Origin: Candidatus Cloacimonadota bacterium
GTDB lineage: Bacteria > Cloacimonadota > Cloacimonadia > Cloacimonadales > Cloacimonadaceae
NCBI GenBank assembly: GCA_012522935.1
Contig: JAAYJN010000037.1
Span: 886 to 64,885 of the forward strand
DNA length: 64,000 nucleotides
Direction: 5' to 3'
The notes beneath the pieces are model-generated. The model searched no databases, was not told the DNA's origin, and saw only the letters and a program-made list of their open reading frames with translations. A program made the position numbers and the translations under genes. Numbering within the stretch: position 1 is the stretch's first letter; each line of letters opens with the position of its first letter. Positions 1 through 9,866 of the stretch are shown here, piece by piece.

Positions 1-897
1 CGCAAGAAAGTGCCCATAGCACTTGTTATCTTGATTGTCATCATGGTGCTGATCCTATTTTTTATCATACTTTCGTCGCTCCTTTATAGCGCTGGCAATA
101 GCTTGGTGGAAGGTTTGCCCCGTTATCAGGAAAAGTTTACCGTGCTTGTTTCCCAATTGGTGGATTGGTTGGAAAACTGGGGCGAAAAGATGGACTTGGC
201 TTTTGGATCCTTCCCAGCCTTGGATTTACAAAAGATGCTCACCCCGGGCAGTTTTTCCCTCACCAAGCTGGCATCAGATACGATGGGTGGCTTTATCAGC
301 CTGATCTGGAATATATTCCTGACACTTATCTTTTTGCTTTTTATCATTAGTGGAGCCACCTCCCTGGAGGCAAAGCTAAAAAACGCCGTGGGGGAAGACC
401 GTCAACAGCGCAACGTTGCCACTGTTACCAGTATCCAAGCCCAAATCCAGAAATACTTGATGACCAAAACAATTATAAGTGTCATCACCGGTATTATAGG
501 CGGTATTTTGATGTTGATCTTTGGAGTGGATTTTGTATTGGTGGGTGCCATCTTGCTTTTTGCCCTCAATTATATACCCAATATCGGTTCCATCATCGCC
601 TCTGGAATCCCCATGCTGGTTTGTCTGCTTCAATATGGATTTGGCTTTCGGATGGTTGCTTTTTCTATCTTGATCATAGCCACCCAGCTGCTACTTGGCA
701 ATATCCTGGAGCCCAAGCTGCAAGGTGATAGATTGGATCTGAGCCCCATCATGGTGTTGGTTTCGCTGATAGTGTGGGGATGGCTGTGGGGTATTCCGGG
801 AATGTTTATCTCCGTGCCTCTTACATCTGCCATCAATATCATCCTCAAAGAGGTGGATAACAAAAACATAATCTCTGCCATTATCAGTGGATCATAA
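1..897 (+). CDS. AI-2E family transporter (PerM/UPF0118-like permease), N-terminus cut by window edge
   Basis: The frame is open from nt 1 (the ORF track starts at GTG 10). It is a multi-TM protein. The C-terminal block LEPKLQGDRLDLSPIMVLVSLIVWGWLWGIPGMFISVPLT looks like the conserved AI-2E/UPF0118 region. Confidence 0.7.
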   Translation, partial: RKKVPIALVILIVIMVLILFFIILSSLLYSAGNSLVEGLPRYQEKFTVLVSQLVDWLENWGEKMDLAFGSFPALDLQKMLTPGSFSLTKLASDTMGGFISLIWNIFLTLIFLLFIISGATSLEAKLKNAVGEDRQQRNVATVTSIQAQIQKYLMTKTIISVITGIIGGILMLIFGVDFVLVGAILLFALNYIPNIGSIIASGIPMLVCLLQYGFGFRMVAFSILIIATQLLLGNILEPKLQGDRLDLSPIMVLVSLIVWGWLWGIPGMFISVPLTSAINIILKEVDNKNIISAIISGS

Positions 898-921
898 GCC
901 TGTTTCCATAGTTCTTCCCCA

Positions 922-986
922 TTAGCCACCTTTGTCTCACCCTTGTCTCGACAAGGGTGAGACAAGGGTGAGACAAGGGTGGTTAA
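922..986. repeat. Palindromic intergenic repeat, copy 1 (GAGACAAGGGTG-unit hairpin)
   Basis: Sequence is TTAGCCACCTTTGTCTCACCCTTGTCTC-G-ACAAGGGTGAGACAAGGGTGAGACAAGGGTGGTTAA. It consists of inverted arrays of a 12-mer and lies between the convergent AI-2E and EamA genes. The flank continues to about 1040 (..GTCAGGGAACAGGG). Confidence 0.9.
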
Positions 987-1195
987 CAAGGAACAAGGGG
1001 AGGCGGCTTGCCACAGGGGTTAGGGGTCAGGGAACAGGGATACCTGAATTTGCCATGAAACACCGTCTTCCTGAAACTCGTATCGTATTGCTGTATATTG
1101 AGTTGACCTATATTGCCATCTCTGGTGAAACCCTCTAAGGTGCTGGCTGCGCGAGCGATGAAACATGAATAATGAACGATGAATGAGGCAAAAGT

Positions 1196-2098
1196 TTATC
1201 TTTTAATCTTTTGCAGGATATTACTGGCAATGATCATCATCAAACCAATGATGGTGGCGGGGAAGATGGGCTCCCTGAGGATAATGCGGATGAAAACCAA
1301 TGCCAGAAATGGCGTGATAAAGATGAGATTGGAAACGGAGGCGGTGCTGGGTGCTTTTTCCAGGGCTTTATACCAGATTAGGAAGGTGAATCCCATTTCA
1401 AAGATACCCACCCACACGGCAGCCAGAATACCCCAATGAATTGAAGTATTGGCAACAAACCAGCTGGCATCCATGAAGACCCATGCGGCAATGCTCCAAA
1501 CCATTATCAAAAGAGTTCCCACCAGGAAGTTATAGCTCAATTTGATGATGGCAGGGCGCTGGTCTTGCATATTGATGATCCAATATCCTGCCCAAACCAC
1601 TGAGGTGCTGATGGCAATGATTACCCCGATGGGATCAGTGAAATCCAGCTGCCGCAGATTACCTTTTGTGGAGATAATGATCACGCCCACAAAGCTGAAT
1701 AGCAGTGCCCCGATATCTCGCCACTTTAGTTTTTCCTTTCTGACGCCCAAGGTCATCAGGGGCAATACTATTGCCCAAGTGTAGTTTAGCACCTGGGCTT
1801 GTTGGGCAGGCAAACGGTGGTATGCATTAAACAGCATCAGATAATAAACAAATGGGTTGAGGATGCCTGCTTTGAGGGATAAGGTCAGGTTTTTGAGGTG
1901 CTCTTTGCCCATAAGGTTGCGATGGAAAACAAAGAGGTAGGCAAAGAGAAAGAGCGTGGAAACCAGCGATGAGAAGAATAGTAAGCCCAGGGGGCTGAGA
2001 TATCTGAGGCTCAGCTTGAATGCTGTGGAAACGGTAGACCACAACAGAACAGCAAAAGCTCCGTAGAGAAAGGCAGGTTCAAAGCGGGAAGCACGCAT
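1196..2098 (-). CDS. EamA/DMT-superfamily permease
   Basis: The ORF encodes about 10 predicted TM segments with a two-fold EamA-like organisation. I prefer ATG 2098 (MRASRFEP..) preceded by AAGGA, because the longer ORF start at 2122 would run into the upstream terminator hairpin. Confidence 0.7.
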   Translation of the reverse strand: MRASRFEPAFLYGAFAVLLWSTVSTAFKLSLRYLSPLGLLFFSSLVSTLFLFAYLFVFHRNLMGKEHLKNLTLSLKAGILNPFVYYLMLFNAYHRLPAQQAQVLNYTWAIVLPLMTLGVRKEKLKWRDIGALLFSFVGVIIISTKGNLRQLDFTDPIGVIIAISTSVVWAGYWIINMQDQRPAIIKLSYNFLVGTLLIMVWSIAAWVFMDASWFVANTSIHWGILAAVWVGIFEMGFTFLIWYKALEKAPSTASVSNLIFITPFLALVFIRIILREPIFPATIIGLMMIIASNILQKIKR

Positions 2099-2112
2099 GA
2101 TGGAAATCCTTA

Positions 2113-2148
2113 TAAAAAACAAGCCTGTCTTTGGCTACAAGACAGGCT
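2113..2148 (-). terminator. Rho-independent terminator after the TPR lipoprotein gene
   Basis: A perfect 10-bp stem pairs AGCCTGTCTT (2122-2131) with AAGACAGGCT (2139-2148) around a 7-nt loop. On the minus strand it is followed by TGTTTTTTAT. Confidence 0.75.
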
Positions 2149-2170
2149 CGCACTTAATATCTATGGCATC

Positions 2171-3259
2171 TTACTGAAGTTTTTTGAAGATGTCTGTGTA
2201 TTTCTTTTCCAAAGTTTTGTTTTTGAGCTCTTTTGCAGCATTGATGATCAAGAGAAGAGGCTCCTGGTCTTCGGGGCTAAAATCATGCCATTTTTCGGCA
2301 TAAACTACCAATTCTTCGTATTGTTTCAGCTCGTACAAAAGATAGCTGATGCTGCGCAGCTCATCTTCACCTTCCTTGAGGGTGAGCAGTCTCTTCATGT
2401 ATTGCAAAGAGAGCTCTTTATCTCCCTTTTGGTAGGCAATGGAATTTGCATCTGCCAGAGCGTCTGTATTGTTGGGCTCCAAAGAAAGCACCATCTGGAT
2501 GTTTTCCAGAGCCTCATCATATAGATGGAGCTCATATTGGCAAACGGTGAGCAGCAAAAGGTTATTGGTATCCAGCGGCTCTTTTTCTTTTACAATTTCA
2601 AAGAACTCCATGGCCTTGGCATAATCTTGACGATCGTTGAAATAAAAGGCGCCCATGGATTTGACCACGGTAATATCATCGGAGGCTTGTTCAAAGATTT
2701 GGGTCAGGATTTCTTCGGCTTTTTCCGGATTGCTGGCATCATCTTTATAGATCTCATACAGTTTGCGCAGGGGTTCGTCACGCTTGGGGTCCAGTTGCAT
2801 GGCAAGCTCAAAAATCTCGATTGCTTCCTTGGTGTTGCCTTCCTCCTGTTCTTTTGCACCCATCTGGAAGATACGCGTCCAGGCACTGGTGCGCAGATCT
2901 GTCAGTTGTTTGATCTCTTTTTTATCTGCTTCGGTGACAGGGTCAAAACTATTGTATTGCGCGATGGCAGCGGTGAAGTTATTAAAAGCGCGGGTGTAGT
3001 TTTCCAAGGCAATATCTGGAAAATCAGAGGCGTTTTTATAGTAAATGCGGCCGGAATTGTTAAGTGCTTCGGCATGGTCTGGGCGTTCTGCAAGCACAAT
3101 CTCATAGTTTTTGAGCGCCACTTCAATGTTTCCCTGATTTCTCTCCATATTGGCGGTACGAAGGGCAACGTTGGCGGTGGGGCTGATCTTTTGTCTGCTT
3201 CCTGCACATGCTGTAAGCAGCAAGGCGATGGCCAGAACGATGATACTCAGTTGTTTCAT
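2171..3259 (-). CDS. TPR-repeat lipoprotein
   Basis: Signal peptide with a lipobox (LLLTAC), followed by repeated 34-residue TPR-like A/Y/L patterns (..ALKNYEIVLAERPDHAEALNN.., ..AIEIFELAMQLDP..). Confidence 0.75.
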   Translation of the reverse strand: MKQLSIIVLAIALLLTACAGSRQKISPTANVALRTANMERNQGNIEVALKNYEIVLAERPDHAEALNNSGRIYYKNASDFPDIALENYTRAFNNFTAAIAQYNSFDPVTEADKKEIKQLTDLRTSAWTRIFQMGAKEQEEGNTKEAIEIFELAMQLDPKRDEPLRKLYEIYKDDASNPEKAEEILTQIFEQASDDITVVKSMGAFYFNDRQDYAKAMEFFEIVKEKEPLDTNNLLLLTVCQYELHLYDEALENIQMVLSLEPNNTDALADANSIAYQKGDKELSLQYMKRLLTLKEGEDELRSISYLLYELKQYEELVVYAEKWHDFSPEDQEPLLLIINAAKELKNKTLEKKYTDIFKKLQ

Positions 3260-3493
3260 TATCTGTCTCCTAAGATTTATTATATTCTAAAGCGCAACTT
3301 TATCAATTTGCTGTTGGAGTCAAGCCTTTTCTCTATGATGTCATGCCAAAGCGCATGAAATGCATCTTTAAGCCCCTTGTAATATAAGTGGTTAAAGAGA
3401 TGGCTATAAAAAGTGCTTGACTTTGGAATGCAGTTTCATAGTTTGACCTCAAACGACCTTTAATCCGTGCCAGTGAGCCGGAAAGGAGTAACT

Positions 3494-4432
3494 ATGACTG
3501 ATGTACCCCAGTTTTTGGGACGCAACCTCTTTGACCTTGACGATTATTCTGCTGCCGAGATACTCTATATCTTGGAAGCTGCCAAGGGTATGAAAGAAAT
3601 TAACCTTCGTGAGTACAAAAAAATCCCCACCCTGCGCGGCAAAACCGTGTGTACCCTATTTGTGGAAAATAGCACCCGCACCCGGATGAGTTTTGAACTG
3701 GCTGCCAGCAGATTGAGTGCGGATGTGGTGAGTTTTGAAGCGCCGATATCCTCTTTGGGAAAAGGTGAAAGCCTGCAGGATACAATTTACACCCTGGATG
3801 CCATGGGCATTGATCTCTATTGTTTCCGTCACAGCAGCCCCGGCAGCCCGCAATTGGTGCACAAGTATTCTGGAAAACCCGTGATCAATGGGGGAGATGG
3901 AAGACACGCTCACCCCACGCAGGCGCTCTTGGATATCTTTTCCATTTGGGAAAAGCTGGGGTCTTTGGAGGGGCTCAAAGTAGCCATTGTGGGCGATATT
4001 CTCAACAGCAGAGTGGTGAGATCAAACATGATCGGGATGCGCAAGCTGGGAGCCAGCATCACTGTGTGTGGGCCCCGCACCCTGATGCCCACCGGTATCG
4101 AAGAGGTGTATGGCTGTCGCGTGGAATATCAGCTTGCCGAAGCCCTGCTTGATGCCGACGTGGTGATGGGCTTGCGCATGCAGATGGAGCGCATGACAGA
4201 CGGGCTTTTCCCCAGTTTGGAAGAGTATAGCAAATACTATGTGCTCTCCAAAGATACCATCAAATATGCCAAAGATGATGCACTGATCATGCATCCTGGA
4301 CCCATGAACAGAGGCGTGGAGATCCTGCCGGAAATAGCAGATGGAAAACATAGCATCATCGTGGAACAGGTGGCAAACGGCGTGGCAATCAGGATGGCGC
4401 TGATGTTTCTAATCTTGGGCGGCAAGGCATGA
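3494..4432 (+). CDS. pyrB: Aspartate carbamoyltransferase catalytic subunit
   Basis: Motifs STRTR, HPTQ and MHPGP are present. ATG 3494 is preceded by GGAAAGGAG, whereas the ORF track begins at GTG 3467. Confidence 0.93.
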   Translation: MTDVPQFLGRNLFDLDDYSAAEILYILEAAKGMKEINLREYKKIPTLRGKTVCTLFVENSTRTRMSFELAASRLSADVVSFEAPISSLGKGESLQDTIYTLDAMGIDLYCFRHSSPGSPQLVHKYSGKPVINGGDGRHAHPTQALLDIFSIWEKLGSLEGLKVAIVGDILNSRVVRSNMIGMRKLGASITVCGPRTLMPTGIEEVYGCRVEYQLAEALLDADVVMGLRMQMERMTDGLFPSLEEYSKYYVLSKDTIKYAKDDALIMHPGPMNRGVEILPEIADGKHSIIVEQVANGVAIRMALMFLILGGKA

Positions 4433-4442
4433 GGAGGATAAA

Positions 4443-5714
4443 ATGAAGACACTTATCAAGAATGGAATGGTTTATCATGAGGGACATATCCGCAAATTGG
4501 ATATTCTCATCGAAGATACTTTGATCTCCAAGGTTGGCAGTCTGATTGAAGATAAAGAGAGCAAGGTGATAGATGCCAAGGGCAAACACGTTTTTCCCGG
4601 ATTTGTGGATATCCACGCCCACCTGAGAGATCCGGGGCATACCTACAAAGAAGATATCGTCTCCGGCACTCATGCAGCAGCGCATGGAGGGGTCACCTCT
4701 TTATGTGCCATGCCCAATACAGAGCCGGTGGTTGATAACATAGCCACTGTGGATTATGTGCAGCGGCGTGCCAAAGACCTGGGCTATGCCAAAGTGTATG
4801 TGATTGCGGCAATGACAAAGGAATCCTTGGGCAAGGAAATCAGCGAGATGGCAACGATGAAGGCGGGCGGCATTGTGGGGGTTTCCGATGATGGCAATTG
4901 CGTGCAGGACGCTAAGCTGATGCTCAATGGTATGCGTTATGCCCGCAATTTTGACCTGCCGGTAATCATCCATGCCGAGGATTATTCTCTGGCAGGCAGG
5001 GGGCAGATCAATGCCGGCATTGTGGCTACACGCTTGGGCTTGAATGGCTTGACAGGGCTGGCGGAAGAGACCATCATTGCCCGTGATATCATGTTGGCAG
5101 AAGCAGCTGGAGCCAAATTGCATATTGCCCATATCAGTACGGCTCACAGCATTGAAATGGTGAGAGATGCCAAAGAACGGGGATTGGACGTGAGCTGTGA
5201 GGTGACGCCACATCATCTTATCCTTACAGAAGAAGCCTGTTTGGGATATGACACCAATACCAAGATGAAACCGCCCTTGCGCACAGAGGCAGATAGACAG
5301 GCATGTATCAGGGGATTGATAGATGGCACCATCGATTGCATCGCCACAGATCATGCTCCACATGCTGATTTTGAGAAATCACGGGAGTTTGATCGTGCTC
5401 CTTTTGGGATAATTGGTTTTGAGACGGCATTCCCTGCGCTTTATCAATATCTGGTAAAGCCGGGAATCGTGGTGTTGGAGCGCATCATTGAAGCCTATTC
5501 CCTGATCCCTGCTCAGCTGATGGGATTGCCGGATAATAACATCAAAAGAGGCAATGCTGCGGATATCACAATCGTTGATCTGCAGGATGAGAGCTTTATC
5601 ACGGAAGAATTCATCCTTTCCAAAAGCAAGAATACGCCCTGGCTCAATCAAACACTGGCAAGTAAGATTATTTATACCATCATGGATGGCAAGATAAGCT
5701 GGCAGGAGGATTGA
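4443..5714 (+). CDS. pyrC: Dihydroorotase
   Basis: Metal-binding motifs DIHAHLRDPG and ATDHAPH are present. It lies immediately downstream of pyrB. Confidence 0.93.
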   Translation: MKTLIKNGMVYHEGHIRKLDILIEDTLISKVGSLIEDKESKVIDAKGKHVFPGFVDIHAHLRDPGHTYKEDIVSGTHAAAHGGVTSLCAMPNTEPVVDNIATVDYVQRRAKDLGYAKVYVIAAMTKESLGKEISEMATMKAGGIVGVSDDGNCVQDAKLMLNGMRYARNFDLPVIIHAEDYSLAGRGQINAGIVATRLGLNGLTGLAEETIIARDIMLAEAAGAKLHIAHISTAHSIEMVRDAKERGLDVSCEVTPHHLILTEEACLGYDTNTKMKPPLRTEADRQACIRGLIDGTIDCIATDHAPHADFEKSREFDRAPFGIIGFETAFPALYQYLVKPGIVVLERIIEAYSLIPAQLMGLPDNNIKRGNAADITIVDLQDESFITEEFILSKSKNTPWLNQTLASKIIYTIMDGKISWQED

Positions 5715-6448
5715 TGATTTGGCTCAAGACACTGCCCATCGTGCATGCCCAGCGGCTGAATGCCCAATATACCGTGTTGACTGTGGAAGATAAAGACCTT
5801 GCCGCTGCCAGCCATCCGGGGATGTTTTGCGAGCTGCGCGCTCCCAACCAGGAGGGAAGGCAATTTAAGCCCATCAGTATCTACGGGGTGGAGGGTACAA
5901 GGCTGAGCTTTTTCATCAAGAGTGTGGGCTTTGGCACTGATGCCTTGTGTGCGCTTCAGGATGGAGACACTCTGGAAATGATGGGACCCTTGGGCAACAA
6001 GTTCCCAGTATTTGCCGGCAAAAAGGCTCTATTGGTAAGCGGTGGTGTGGGCTATCCTCCCTTGGCATGGCTCAAAGCTAACCTCCCTGATGGCACGACG
6101 GTCATCCACTTGCATGGCGGTGCCAGCTCTGAAGATATCTTTGATTGTGATATTAGCTGTACCATGGACGGCTCTGAGGGGCATCAGGGCTTGGTGACAG
6201 ACCTCGTGCTGCCTCTCATCCAAGAACATGGCATCAACCTCATCTATAGCTGTGGACCCGTGGGAATGCTGAAAAAGCTGACTGAACTGAGTGGGGATAT
6301 CCCTCACTTTGTCTCGATGGAGGCATATATGGCGTGTGGCGTGGGCGTGTGTCATGGATGTGTGATACCCGTGGGCGATGGCTTTCAAAGGGTATGTAAG
6401 GAGGGTGCGGTGTTTGATGCCAAATTGATTGATTGGAGGCAATTATGA
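5711..6448 (+). CDS. pyrK: Dihydroorotate dehydrogenase (class 1B) electron-transfer subunit
   Basis: FAD/NAD-binding fold plus a C-terminal 2Fe-2S cysteine cluster (CGVGVCHGC). The start (TTG 5711 or ATG 5714) overlaps the pyrC stop. Confidence 0.88.
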   Translation: MMIWLKTLPIVHAQRLNAQYTVLTVEDKDLAAASHPGMFCELRAPNQEGRQFKPISIYGVEGTRLSFFIKSVGFGTDALCALQDGDTLEMMGPLGNKFPVFAGKKALLVSGGVGYPPLAWLKANLPDGTTVIHLHGGASSEDIFDCDISCTMDGSEGHQGLVTDLVLPLIQEHGINLIYSCGPVGMLKKLTELSGDIPHFVSMEAYMACGVGVCHGCVIPVGDGFQRVCKEGAVFDAKLIDWRQL

Positions 6449-7365
6449 TGAAGACAAAGCTGGGGCGATTGGCGCTGGATTCGCCCATCACGGTGGCATC
6501 GGGAACCTTTGGCATGGAGTATTTTGAGATTATGGATGTTTTTGATGCGCCCATCCTGCCTCAAGACAAGCTGGGGGCATACATTTGCAAGACGATCACG
6601 CCATTGCCCAAGGCGGGAAATCCCCCTCCACGGATATACGAGACAGAGTGTGGCATGCTCAATTCCATCGGCTTGCCCAATCCTGGTTTGCAGTGCTTTC
6701 TTGATGAGGAATTGCCCATCCTCCTTGAAAAGCTATCCATCCCTCTGATAGTGAGCTTTTCCGGGGGTAGTGTGGATGAATTTTGCATGATGTTGGAAAC
6801 CTTGGAGAAAGCCGAGGGGATAGCTGGCTATGAGATCAACGTATCATGCCCCAATGTAGAGAACGAGGGCATTGCCTTTGGTGCGGATAGCGATGTGTTG
6901 TATCAATTGGTTTCCAGGCTGGCACCTCTTACCAACAAGGAACTGATAGTGAAGCTGAGCCCCAATGTGACAGATATTGGCAGAATGGCAAAAGCGGCTG
7001 AAGCTGGGGGAGCCAGCTCGATTTCCCTTATCAACACCCTGTGGGGAATGGCGATCGATTGGCAGACGGGCAAAGCCAGAATCCCTCGCAAGGTGTGTGG
7101 CTACAGCGGCAAAGGGGTCAAGCCGGTAGCCTTGGCACTCACCTATCAGGCGGCGCAGGCGGTCTCTCTTCCCATCTTGGCGATGGGTGGTATTTCCTGC
7201 TGGCAGGATGCCCTGGAATTTATCTATGCGGGAGCCAGTGCGGTGGCTGTTGGAACCTCTAATTTTACTGATCCCGGCGCCCCTGCCAGGATATATGACG
7301 GCTTGCTGGAACATCTAAAGGCAAAAGGCAGTGGGATAAAGGATTTGATCGGGACGGTGAGCTAA
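6445..7365 (+). CDS. pyrD: Dihydroorotate dehydrogenase catalytic subunit (class 1B)
   Basis: Contains ..PITVASGTFG.., NVSCPN and GGI..W.DA.EF..AGASAV motifs. ATG 6445 lies 5 nt after GGAGG and overlaps the pyrK stop. Confidence 0.92.
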   Translation: MMKTKLGRLALDSPITVASGTFGMEYFEIMDVFDAPILPQDKLGAYICKTITPLPKAGNPPPRIYETECGMLNSIGLPNPGLQCFLDEELPILLEKLSIPLIVSFSGGSVDEFCMMLETLEKAEGIAGYEINVSCPNVENEGIAFGADSDVLYQLVSRLAPLTNKELIVKLSPNVTDIGRMAKAAEAGGASSISLINTLWGMAIDWQTGKARIPRKVCGYSGKGVKPVALALTYQAAQAVSLPILAMGGISCWQDALEFIYAGASAVAVGTSNFTDPGAPARIYDGLLEHLKAKGSGIKDLIGTVS

Positions 7366-8069
7366 GGATTGATTATCCTGATGGAGCCGTGGCTGATGGT
7401 CTTGATCTCGCCATCATCTATCAGCAGAAACCCCTGTTCATCTATCCCCTTCAGGATTCCTGTTTGTATGTTTTTGCCCTGTTCTATCTGCACTTCTTTG
7501 CCTATGCCATAGAGATGTTCCCGGCAATAACCCAGGTAAGAAGCGGGAGTGAAAAGCTCTTCCTTGTAGTCATTCACGATATCAATATAGAGGCTCATCA
7601 GGTGTGGATTGGCAACCTCAAAGCCGAGGATATCGCTCAAAGAGATTGCGTTGAACTCATGCTCGCTATTGGCAAAGGTATTGTTGGTATTTAATCCCAA
7701 ACCTATCGTGTAGCGCTGTTTTTGGAGGCTATGGCGGCACAGCACGCCTGCTAACTTTTTATCCATGTAATAAACGTCATTCGTCCATTTCACTTTTAGG
7801 TGTGGCAGATTGTATAAATCTGATAGGAGGCGATGCAGGCAATGCCCGGCATAAAGGGCGAAAGACTCCACAACCGCCGGGTGGCTGAGAGCGAATGTGA
7901 ACCAGAGTCCACCAGTGGGGGAATACCAGGAGTGTTTATCCCTGCCTCTGCCTTGGGATTGAGAGAGAGCTCGCACGGTGATCTGGGTATTGTCATCACT
8001 GATGCTTTGCAGTTTGTCATATTCCTGCATCGTGCTTTGGGTGCTGGCAAATAGGTAAGCTACCTTCAT
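7362..8069 (-). CDS. birA: Biotin--[acetyl-CoA-carboxylase] ligase (no N-terminal HTH)
   Basis: Signature GRGRDKHSWYSPTGGLWFTF is present. I prefer ATG 8069 (MKVAYL..), which does not overlap the queA end at 8077; the ORF track extends to 8141. Confidence 0.85.
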   Translation of the reverse strand: MKVAYLFASTQSTMQEYDKLQSISDDNTQITVRALSQSQGRGRDKHSWYSPTGGLWFTFALSHPAVVESFALYAGHCLHRLLSDLYNLPHLKVKWTNDVYYMDKKLAGVLCRHSLQKQRYTIGLGLNTNNTFANSEHEFNAISLSDILGFEVANPHLMSLYIDIVNDYKEELFTPASYLGYCREHLYGIGKEVQIEQGKNIQTGILKGIDEQGFLLIDDGEIKTISHGSIRIINP

Positions 8070-8076
8070 AAAAGCC

Positions 8077-9111
8077 TCACTCGATAAGCATGGCATCGCC
8101 ATAGCTGAAAAAGCGATAGCGAAGCCGGACGGCCTCTTCATAAGCCCGTCTTACATTGTCTATGCCGGCAAAAGCGGAGATCATCATCAAGAGGCTGGAT
8201 TTGGGCAGATGGAAGTTGGTAATCATGGCATCCACCACCTGCATGGTCTTGCCCGGATAGATAAAGATATCCGTCCAGCGTGAGCCTGCCTCTATCTCTT
8301 TGCCATTATAAAAGCTTTCCAGGGTGCGGGCACTGGTGCTGCCCACAGCTATGATGCGGCGTCCAGCGCTGCGGGCTTGATTGATGGTGGCAGCGCTCTG
8401 GGGGTCTATAGTACAAAATTCAGCATGCATCTTATGCTGGTCTATGCGTTGAGATTTGACAGGTAGAAAGGTTCCCATGCCCACATGCAGGGTAAGCTTT
8501 ACTATCTGTACACCCCTGCCTTGGAGGGCAGAGATGATTTGGGGACTGAAGTGCAATCCGGCAGTGGGAGCGGCTGCAGAGCCTGGTTGATTGGCATATA
8601 CCGTTTGATAGCTATTCCTATCCTGCAATTGGTCTTCACGTTTAATATAAGGCGGCAGGGGGATGTGTCCCACCTTTTCCAGCTCTTGCCAAAAGTCACC
8701 ATCTGTTTCAAATCTTACCTGCCTCAAGCCGTCTTCATCAGAGAGGGATACATGGGCGCGCATTGTGTCTGATACCTTCAGCCATTGCGGCTCTTTAACC
8801 CTTTTGCCGGGGCGCATCATACACTGCCATACACCGGGGGAGAGCTCGTGCAAGAGAAGTAGCTCCACCTGGCTGCCGCTGTCTTTGTGGGCAAACAAGC
8901 GAGCGGGGATCACCCGGCTATCATTGAGCACCAATACATCATCGGGGTGCACAAGGTCTACAATCTGCCTAAAAGATAGATGCTCGATAAGCCCGCTATT
9001 ACGGTCCAGCCTCAGCAGTCTGGAGTTTTCACGAGGCTGGCAGGGGTGTTGAGCAATCAGCTCTTCCGGCAGATGATAGTCATAGGTTTCCAGAGCCAGA
9101 GGGTCTGTCAT
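8077..9111 (-). CDS. queA: S-adenosylmethionine:tRNA ribosyltransferase-isomerase
   Basis: The N-terminus YDYHLPEELIAQHP and overall length are typical of QueA. Confidence 0.92.
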   Translation of the reverse strand: MTDPLALETYDYHLPEELIAQHPCQPRENSRLLRLDRNSGLIEHLSFRQIVDLVHPDDVLVLNDSRVIPARLFAHKDSGSQVELLLLHELSPGVWQCMMRPGKRVKEPQWLKVSDTMRAHVSLSDEDGLRQVRFETDGDFWQELEKVGHIPLPPYIKREDQLQDRNSYQTVYANQPGSAAAPTAGLHFSPQIISALQGRGVQIVKLTLHVGMGTFLPVKSQRIDQHKMHAEFCTIDPQSAATINQARSAGRRIIAVGSTSARTLESFYNGKEIEAGSRWTDIFIYPGKTMQVVDAMITNFHLPKSSLLMMISAFAGIDNVRRAYEEAVRLRYRFFSYGDAMLIE

Positions 9112-9866
9112 TTAATCTTATAAGGAACGTTGGATGCATCTTTCAGCTCTGCCACGAAGGAACCAAAGGTGACGGCGCTGGTCATCTTGACGGGTATCTT
9201 GTATTGATCATCCGTCACCCAGATCAAGATGGTGCCGCTTTGCTTAAACACAGCAGCGCTCTTCAGTTTTGGTTCAATCACCAGGCAGTTTATCTTACCA
9301 AAGATGGTCTTAATGGATTCTCTCCTATGCACTATGATCTCTGTATTTACAGATCTGCCATCCGAAGTAATGTTCATGTTCACCTTTTTACCAGGAGTGA
9401 GGGTTTGGCTGCGCACATAATAAAATGCGCTCAGCACGTCCTGGCTGTTGGGCAAGAGAGCCATCTCTGTGGAATCATACTTCTTGGATTTGAAGTTCCA
9501 TTTTTGATAAGTGGTGAGGTTGTTGGCATGATCAAAGATATGATTGCGTCTCTGTCTGTAGTTGCCTTCCTGCAGGTTTTTAGTAAATTTATGAGGCAAA
9601 AGGGTGCTTTTATCCCAATAGGATTCCACCCTGTCTCGCACTTTGAAGAATACATCAAAGAAGGGATAGGTCTTGGCATCTGTGCTCAGCAGCCAAGCTG
9701 ATTTCCCTCCATAACTGGTGGATTTGGCCTCCAGAGTAGCTTCCGCAGCATGCACAAGGCCATAACGAACGGTGAAAACAAGCTTTTCGCCATCTCTGAA
9801 TGCCACATTTGCACCCAGCGGCAGGATGGCAACAATCAAGGTAAGCCATATTATAAGGCGTTTCAT
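9108..9866 (-). CDS. DUF3108-like secreted protein
   Basis: Signal peptide followed by GEKLVFTVRYGLVHAAEATLEA.., which I recognise as the DUF3108 N-terminal pattern. It overlaps queA by 4 nt. Confidence 0.6.
   Translation of the reverse strand: MKRLIIWLTLIVAILPLGANVAFRDGEKLVFTVRYGLVHAAEATLEAKSTSYGGKSAWLLSTDAKTYPFFDVFFKVRDRVESYWDKSTLLPHKFTKNLQEGNYRQRRNHIFDHANNLTTYQKWNFKSKKYDSTEMALLPNSQDVLSAFYYVRSQTLTPGKKVNMNITSDGRSVNTEIIVHRRESIKTIFGKINCLVIEPKLKSAAVFKQSGTILIWVTDDQYKIPVKMTSAVTFGSFVAELKDASNVPYKIK

Noticed and set aside
922-986. Whether the repeated 12-mers could be a CRISPR array.
   Set aside because: The units abut directly with no spacers, and the arms are inverted (hairpin) rather than direct. 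Only 2-3 units occur per arm, and there are no cas genes in the window.
932-1138. ORFs running through the palindromic repeats (932-1138 +, 630-989 -, 39993-40184 +).
   Set aside because: Their sequences (..CLDKGETRVRQGW.. and similar) are simply translations of the GAGACAAGGGTG repeat units. They have no start context and no conservation outside the repeat.
1179-1439. An 86-aa plus-strand ORF overlapping the 3' end of the EamA gene.
   Set aside because: It is antisense to a well-supported permease gene and has no RBS or recognisable motif.
2525-3358. Long ORFs antisense to well-supported genes. Examples are 2525-3358 (+), 10939-11766 (+), 24858-25700 (+), 28315-29052 (+), 32799-33914 (+), 36401-37390 (+), 59982-60743 (+) and 61529-62485 (+).
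   Set aside because: Each lies wholly opposite a gene with clear family motifs. Their translations are low-complexity with no motifs, RBS or sensible operon context. They are classic shadow ORFs.
3260-3493. Looked for a PyrR-binding loop, attenuator or clear promoter in the pyrB leader.
   Set aside because: There is no ARUCCAGAGAGG-like loop or terminator/antiterminator pair. TTGACT at about 3417 lacks a convincing -10 element at proper spacing.
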